Shown here: positions 59,187 to 64,000 of the stretch, piece by piece
Position numbering within the stretch: the stretch's first letter is position 1
Layout: each line of letters begins with the position of its first letter
Source of the DNA: an uncultured Pelagibacteraceae bacterium
GTDB lineage: Bacteria > Pseudomonadota > Alphaproteobacteria > Pelagibacterales > Pelagibacteraceae
Direction of reading: 5' to 3'
Length of the DNA: 64,000 nt
NCBI GenBank assembly: GCA_902587095.1
Contig: CACIJY010000002.1
Coordinates: 16,287-80,286 of the forward strand
The notes under the pieces: generated by a model
What the model saw: the letters and a program-made list of their open reading frames with translations, nothing else
What the model was told of the DNA's origin: nothing
The model's database searches: none
Program-made: the position numbers and the translations under genes

Positions 59187-59196
59187 CAGTGAAAAT

Positions 59197-59961
59197 TTAG
59201 TTTATTTTTTTCTTTGCGGCAGAAGTGTCTAATTTTTTTGACTTATCTTCAATTTTGTTATCTTCTATCTTTGGAGCTTCTTTTTTTGCATTATCAATAG
59301 TCTCTTTTATTAAACTACAATATAAATCAATAGATCTTCTTGCATCATCATTACCTGGTATAGGATAATCAATACCGTCAGGATCAGAATTAGTGTCTAA
59401 AATTGCTATAATTGGTATATTTAATTTAATAGACTCCTTTATTGCCAAAGACTCATAATTTGTATCAATAATAAAAACTAAATCTGGTATTTTTTTCATC
59501 TCTGAAATACCACCTAGAGATCTCTGAAGCTTGTCTCTTTGTATACCCATTTTTAGAAGCTCTTTTTTAGTGAAACCTCTATTTTCTGCTTTAAGATCTG
59601 TTTCTATTTTTTGCAGTTTCTTAATTGAATTAGATATTGTTCCCCAATTAGTTAGCATTCCGCCTAGCCACCTATAATTCACAAAATATTGTCCAGTAGA
59701 TTTTGCTAACTCGGCTATGGACTCTGAAGCTTGTTTTTTTGTTGAGATCAATAAAATTTTTCCATTATTAGAGATAGTTTCATATATTTTTTCCAGAGCT
59801 TTATTTGTTAATTCCAATGTTTGAGTAAGATCTATAATATGAACTGCGTCTCTTTTTCCAAAGATATATTTTTTCATTTTTGGATTCCATCTTAAAGTTT
59901 TGTGTCCTAAATGAACACCCGCTTCTAAAAGTTGTTGGATTGATAGATTTGGTATTTTCAT
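59197..59961 (-). CDS. rpsB: 30S ribosomal protein S2
   Basis: [31 protein letters not shown]. Confidence 0.98.
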   Translation of the reverse strand: MKIPNLSIQQLLEAGVHLGHKTLRWNPKMKKYIFGKRDAVHIIDLTQTLELTNKALEKIYETISNNGKILLISTKKQASESIAELAKSTGQYFVNYRWLGGMLTNWGTISNSIKKLQKIETDLKAENRGFTKKELLKMGIQRDKLQRSLGGISEMKKIPDLVFIIDTNYESLAIKESIKLNIPIIAILDTNSDPDGIDYPIPGNDDARRSIDLYCSLIKETIDNAKKEAPKIEDNKIEDKSKKLDTSAAKKKIN

Positions 59962-60034
59962 ATTTTTTCCCGGTTATTCCGCCATAGTCATTTCCACTTA
60001 AGGACCGGAGGTATAAAACCACTAACTATGTGAG
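59962..60034 (-). ncRNA. rpsB (S2) leader cis-regulatory RNA
   Basis: GC-richer 5' UTR. CATAGTTA/TGACTATG stem with an internal CCGGT able to pair with ACCGG next to the RBS (pseudoknot), as in the known proteobacterial S2 leader. Confidence 0.75.
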
Positions 60035-60087
60035 TTTTTTTAATTTTGTTTATTTATTAATTTTATTCATTAAAGGCAAGTAATTAT

Positions 60088-63000
60088 TTAAAAAATTAAA
60101 GCTGAAATTCCTTGGTTTTTTATAGAATTTAAAATGTTTTTGTCCACAAATCGTTTATTTTTTAATTTTAAAGTATATTTTTTGTTATTTTCTGTGACTT
60201 CAAACGTAATTTCTGAATCTCCCCTTGTGTCTAAAATCTCTGATAAAATATCAAATTCTTTAAAATTATTAATTTTAATTACTAAATTGTTGATAGGTTT
60301 ATTTAAAATTTCGTCTAAAGGAATAATTTTTTTAACATTTACTCTTATTTTTTTGTCTGTTTCATTTATATTTTTAAAAATCGTAATTATTACTGATTTA
60401 CCTTCCTTTATATTTTCTCTATTTAACTCTAAAATATCAGAAAATATAAATAGTTCAAAAACACCCCCTAAGTCAGAAAATTTAATAATCGCATAGGAGG
60501 TGCCCTTGTGAGTTTTTTTTTCTAGAATCTTTAAAATAGTTGCGGCTACCATACTTTCTGAATTATTTTTATCACCAATAAAATCAGAGTATTTGGTAAC
60601 GTTATATTCATTAAATATATCTTTATATTGATTTAAAGGATGATCTGATAGATAAAATCCAATAGTTTCAAATTCTTTCAACATTTTTTCTTGAAATTCC
60701 CATTCCGGAAGATCTTGTATAACACTTTTTTGTTCTGAGTTTTCTTCAGAATTAAATAATTCGATTTGATTTTGTAATTTGTTATCAAATAAGTTTTTTG
60801 AATGTAAAATTATGTTTGGAATAGAGTCGTAAAAAGCCCTTCTATTAGAAAAAATATTATCGAAAGCACCTGCTTTAGCAAGACCTTCTAATTGTAATTT
60901 ATTTATATCTTTTGGGTTTATTCTATTAAGAAAATCTGAAACTGACTTAAATATTCCATTTTTTTCTCTTTCTTTAATTATATTAGATATAGATTCGTAC
61001 CCTACATTTTTAATAGCACCTAGCGCATAATAAAAATTATTCTCATCTGAGTAAAAATCTGCAAAACATTTATTTATATCTGGTCTAACAATGTTAACTT
61101 TTAATCTTTTTATTTCCTCACAAAATTCACCTAATTTTTTTTGATTAGATAATTCCATAGACATAGAAGCTGCAAAAAATTCTTCCATAAAATATGTTTT
61201 TAAATATGCTGTTTGATAAGCAATTATTGCGTAGGCTGCTGCATGACTTTTATTAAAACCATATTCAGCAAATGGCTCAATTTTTAAGAAAATTCCTGCC
61301 GCAATGTCTTTACTTATTCCATTTTTAAAAGCACCTTCAACAAATCTTGTTTTTTGTCTTTCTAATTCAGCTCTTTTTTTTTTTCCCATTGCTCTTCTGA
61401 GCAAGTCTGCTTCTCCGGCCGAAAAACCTGACAAGGTTTGTGCAATTTGCATAACTTGTTCTTGATATATAATTACTCCATAGGTAGGTTTTAATATTTT
61501 TTCTAATTTTGGATGTAAATATTCAGGTTTTCTTAAACCATGTTTGCAATCATTATAAATAGAAATATTGCTCATTGGGCCTGGTCTATATAACGCAACA
61601 AGAGCTATAATGTCTTCAAGTTGATTTGGTCTCATTTGCATTAATGCTTCTCGCATTCCTGAACTCTCTAATTGAAATAAGCCAACTGTTTTACCACTAG
61701 ATAAAAGATCAAATACTTTTTTATCATCATACTTAATATTTTTAATATTAAAATCTTTTTCCTTATCTTTTATTAAATTTTGTGTTTTGTTTATAACTGT
61801 TAAAGTTTTTAAACCTAAAAAGTCGAATTTAATTAGTCCAGCATTTTCTGCAGAGTACATATCAAACTGGGTAGAAGGTAATAATAAATTGGATGACGGA
61901 TCTTTATAAAGTGGTACTGTTTCAGATAGATTTTTATCAGCAATTACCACTCCTGCAGCATGTGTAGCAAAGTTTCGATTTAATCCCTCTAATTTAAGTG
62001 ATAAATTAACTAAACGTTCTACTCTTTTGTCTTCCTTGATAAGTTTTTGCAATTTAGGTTCGGAATTAATACATTGGTTCAGACTCATTGGTCTTGATGG
62101 ATCAAATGGTATCATCTTACAAATACTATCAACAAAACCATAAGATAAACCCATCACACGACCAACATCTCTAATAACCATTCTTGCTTTTAGTTTTCCA
62201 AAAGTAATTATGTGTGCAACAGAACCTGGGTATTTTTCGTTAAGATATTCAAATACTAAATCTCGTTTTTCTTCACAAAAGTCTATATCAAAGTCAGGCA
62301 TTGAAATTCTATCTGGGTTAAGAAATCTCTCAAAGATTAAATCAAACTTTAATGGGTCAACATCTGTGATAAATAAACACCATGCAACTAACGAGCCTGC
62401 GCCTGATCCTCTACCTGGTCCTACTGGGATATTTTTATCTTTAGCCCATTTTATATAATCAGAAACTATTAAAAAATAACTAGCATATTTCATCTTGCAA
62501 ATTATATTAATTTCGTGATTTAGCCTTTTTTGATATTCAATTAAGTTATAATTGGAATTTTCATCAACAATATTTTTAAGTCTATATTTTAAACCATTCT
62601 CAGCCTCTTTTTTAAGAATTTCGTCGGCTGTAAAGTTTTTTTCAGATCCAATGTTGGGTAATAAGGGTTTGGATGAGGTAGGTCTGTAGCTACATCTTAG
62701 GGGTAAATTAAAATTATTTTCTAATGCTTCAGGAAGATCAGAAAACAGTTTACACATTTCATGGTCATTTTTAAAATAATGATTCTTTGAAAGCTTAGAT
62801 CTATTTTTATCATTTATATAACTTTTTGATCCGATGCACATTAATGCATCATGTGCTTCGTGTAAATCTTGCTCTAAATAATAAACTTCATGTGACGCAA
62901 TAATTGGTATATCTAATTCTTTTGATAAACTAAGATTATAAATTTCTAAATTTTTTTCATTAATATCATTATGTCGTTGAATTTCTATATAAAAATTATT

Positions 63001-63486
63001 TTTTAATAAATCTTTTAAGAAAATATAGATTTGTTTTATCTCATCAAGTCTATCTTTTTTAAACAACTCTCCTACTAAACTATTTAGGCCACCAAGAGTA
63101 ACTATAAGCCCATCTTTGTATTCTATGAAATCTTTAAATTCACAAAATGGTTCATTAAAATCCTTATGTTTTAAATAAGAAATTGATGATAATTTTACTA
63201 TATTTTTGTAACCTAAGTCATTTTTTGCAATTATCGGGATTAATCCTATTAAACCTTTATATTTGAATTTAATTTGAGATCCTATAATCGCTTGAGTTTT
63301 TGATTTTGATACTGTCTCTGAAAACTGTAACACGCCACATAAATTAGAAGTATCAGAAATGCCAATAGATTTTATTTTATTATTTTTACAAAATTTTTCC
63401 AAATTTTCAATTTTGATTGCACCTTCACAAATAGAGTATTGGGTGTGTAGTTTAAAATGATTGAAAGATTTTTTAATTTCTTGCAT
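60088..63486 (-). CDS. dnaE: DNA polymerase III alpha subunit
   Basis: PHP HTQYS, GPGRGSGAGS, FERFLNPDRISMPDFDIDF, HAAGVVI, KFDFLGL, GFNKSHA. Start trimmed to MQEIK. Confidence 0.97.
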   Translation of the reverse strand: MQEIKKSFNHFKLHTQYSICEGAIKIENLEKFCKNNKIKSIGISDTSNLCGVLQFSETVSKSKTQAIIGSQIKFKYKGLIGLIPIIAKNDLGYKNIVKLSSISYLKHKDFNEPFCEFKDFIEYKDGLIVTLGGLNSLVGELFKKDRLDEIKQIYIFLKDLLKNNFYIEIQRHNDINEKNLEIYNLSLSKELDIPIIASHEVYYLEQDLHEAHDALMCIGSKSYINDKNRSKLSKNHYFKNDHEMCKLFSDLPEALENNFNLPLRCSYRPTSSKPLLPNIGSEKNFTADEILKKEAENGLKYRLKNIVDENSNYNLIEYQKRLNHEINIICKMKYASYFLIVSDYIKWAKDKNIPVGPGRGSGAGSLVAWCLFITDVDPLKFDLIFERFLNPDRISMPDFDIDFCEEKRDLVFEYLNEKYPGSVAHIITFGKLKARMVIRDVGRVMGLSYGFVDSICKMIPFDPSRPMSLNQCINSEPKLQKLIKEDKRVERLVNLSLKLEGLNRNFATHAAGVVIADKNLSETVPLYKDPSSNLLLPSTQFDMYSAENAGLIKFDFLGLKTLTVINKTQNLIKDKEKDFNIKNIKYDDKKVFDLLSSGKTVGLFQLESSGMREALMQMRPNQLEDIIALVALYRPGPMSNISIYNDCKHGLRKPEYLHPKLEKILKPTYGVIIYQEQVMQIAQTLSGFSAGEADLLRRAMGKKKRAELERQKTRFVEGAFKNGISKDIAAGIFLKIEPFAEYGFNKSHAAAYAIIAYQTAYLKTYFMEEFFAASMSMELSNQKKLGEFCEEIKRLKVNIVRPDINKCFADFYSDENNFYYALGAIKNVGYESISNIIKEREKNGIFKSVSDFLNRINPKDINKLQLEGLAKAGAFDNIFSNRRAFYDSIPNIILHSKNLFDNKLQNQIELFNSEENSEQKSVIQDLPEWEFQEKMLKEFETIGFYLSDHPLNQYKDIFNEYNVTKYSDFIGDKNNSESMVAATILKILEKKTHKGTSYAIIKFSDLGGVFELFIFSDILELNRENIKEGKSVIITIFKNINETDKKIRVNVKKIIPLDEILNKPINNLVIKINNFKEFDILSEILDTRGDSEITFEVTENNKKYTLKLKNKRFVDKNILNSIKNQGISALIF

Positions 63487-64000
63487 TAACGGTTGATATA
63501 TTACCATTAATCAGACTTAATTTACAATCTGACATATCTGCAAAATGTCTATTGTGAGTTGCAAAAATAATTATTCTTTTTTTATTTTTGAGACTAAACA
63601 ATAATTTAAAAATATCTCTAGCATTTTTGTGATCCAAATTTCCAGTCGGTTCATCTGCCAAAACAATATCGGGGGAATTTATTAAAGCTCTAGATATTGC
63701 CACCCTTTGTGATTCGCCACCTGACAATTCACTTGGAAAATGACTTAATCTATTACCTAAACCAACTTTTTTAATCATGTTTTTTGCATCTAAAACAGCT
63801 TTTTTTTTATCATTATCTAAAGATAATCTTGCCATATAAACATTTTCAAGAGTTGTAAAATCAGATAACAAATTTTTATCCTGATAAATTATACCAATCT
63901 TTTTTGATCTAATGTTATCTCTCTCGTTATTATTTTTGTCATCGATTTTATGTTTATCTAATTTTATATAACCACTGGATGGTTTATCAATCAATGAAAT
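63473..64000 (-). CDS. lolD: Lipoprotein-releasing ABC ATPase LolD (5' end truncated by window edge)
   Basis: IGIIYQ…LL.DFT.LENV, PSELSGGESQRVAI, LADEPTGNLD, ATHN; precedes dnaE as in alphaproteobacteria. Confidence 0.82.
   Translation of the reverse strand: MSLIDKPSSGYIKLDKHKIDDKNNNERDNIRSKKIGIIYQDKNLLSDFTTLENVYMARLSLDNDKKKAVLDAKNMIKKVGLGNRLSHFPSELSGGESQRVAISRALINSPDIVLADEPTGNLDHKNARDIFKLLFSLKNKKRIIIFATHNRHFADMSDCKLSLINGNISTVNARN

Noticed and set aside
59801-60022. 73-aa minus-strand ORF starting in the rpsB leader (possible leader peptide)
   Set aside because: GTG start, overlaps rpsB out of frame, and the region is explained by the structured S2 leader.
525-62458. About 35 short ORFs (60-143 aa) in the track lying antisense or out of frame within long genes, e.g. 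525-836, 7022-7438, 11661-12092, 24429-24713, 57694-58068, 60134-60496
   Set aside because: They lie wholly or almost wholly within well-supported genes, have Ser/Phe/Ile-rich shadow-ORF composition, mostly alternative starts, and no motifs.
1-64000. CRISPR arrays, IS/transposases, prophage, rRNA, defence systems
   Set aside because: No regularly spaced repeats or relevant ORFs; nearly all sequence is accounted for by the listed genes.

Overview
Very AT-rich (roughly 28-30% GC by eye), extremely gene-dense alphaproteobacterial chromosome segment, most consistent with SAR11/Pelagibacterales. It has tiny or overlapping intergenic spacers, alpha-type LexA boxes and ntrYX without ntrBC. Bases 1-14448 form a phosphate-limitation cluster: ppx (partial), ppk1, an antisense-oriented sixA, phoB-phoU-pstBACS, an uncharacterised 202-aa secreted protein, phoR, and a lipid-remodelling module (agt-type GT4 glycosyltransferase, plcP phospholipase C, divergent DAG-kinase-family gene) with Pho-box-like repeats. 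The rest is core genome: manC, ilvD, valS, tRNA-Cys/Asn/Arg, an SGNH hydrolase, a PraR/PhrR-like XRE regulator, the aapJQMP amino-acid ABC transporter, trkHA, ntrYX, ispDF, pgpA, cinA, lipA, eno, kdsA, pyrG, secG, tpiA, ppiD, trpEGDC, lexA, gltX, lpxB/I/A/D, fabZ, skp, bamA, dxr, cdsA, uppS, frr, tsf, rpsB (with its leader), dnaE and lolD (partial). The best candidates for undescribed biology are in the phosphate cluster: a probable PhoB-controlled divergent phospholipase/lipid-kinase switch, sixA wedged antisense between phoB and ppk1 with only 13 bp between divergent start codons, and the secreted protein between phoR and pstS. The core region lacks several genes at their usual positions (pyrH, rseP, dusB-ntrBC, pdhABC, moaC/moeA/comEC/gltA) and several domains (ManC linker, NtrY PAS, PpiD parvulin). 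No mobile element, CRISPR array or rRNA was seen. All family calls come from motif recognition, not database searches.
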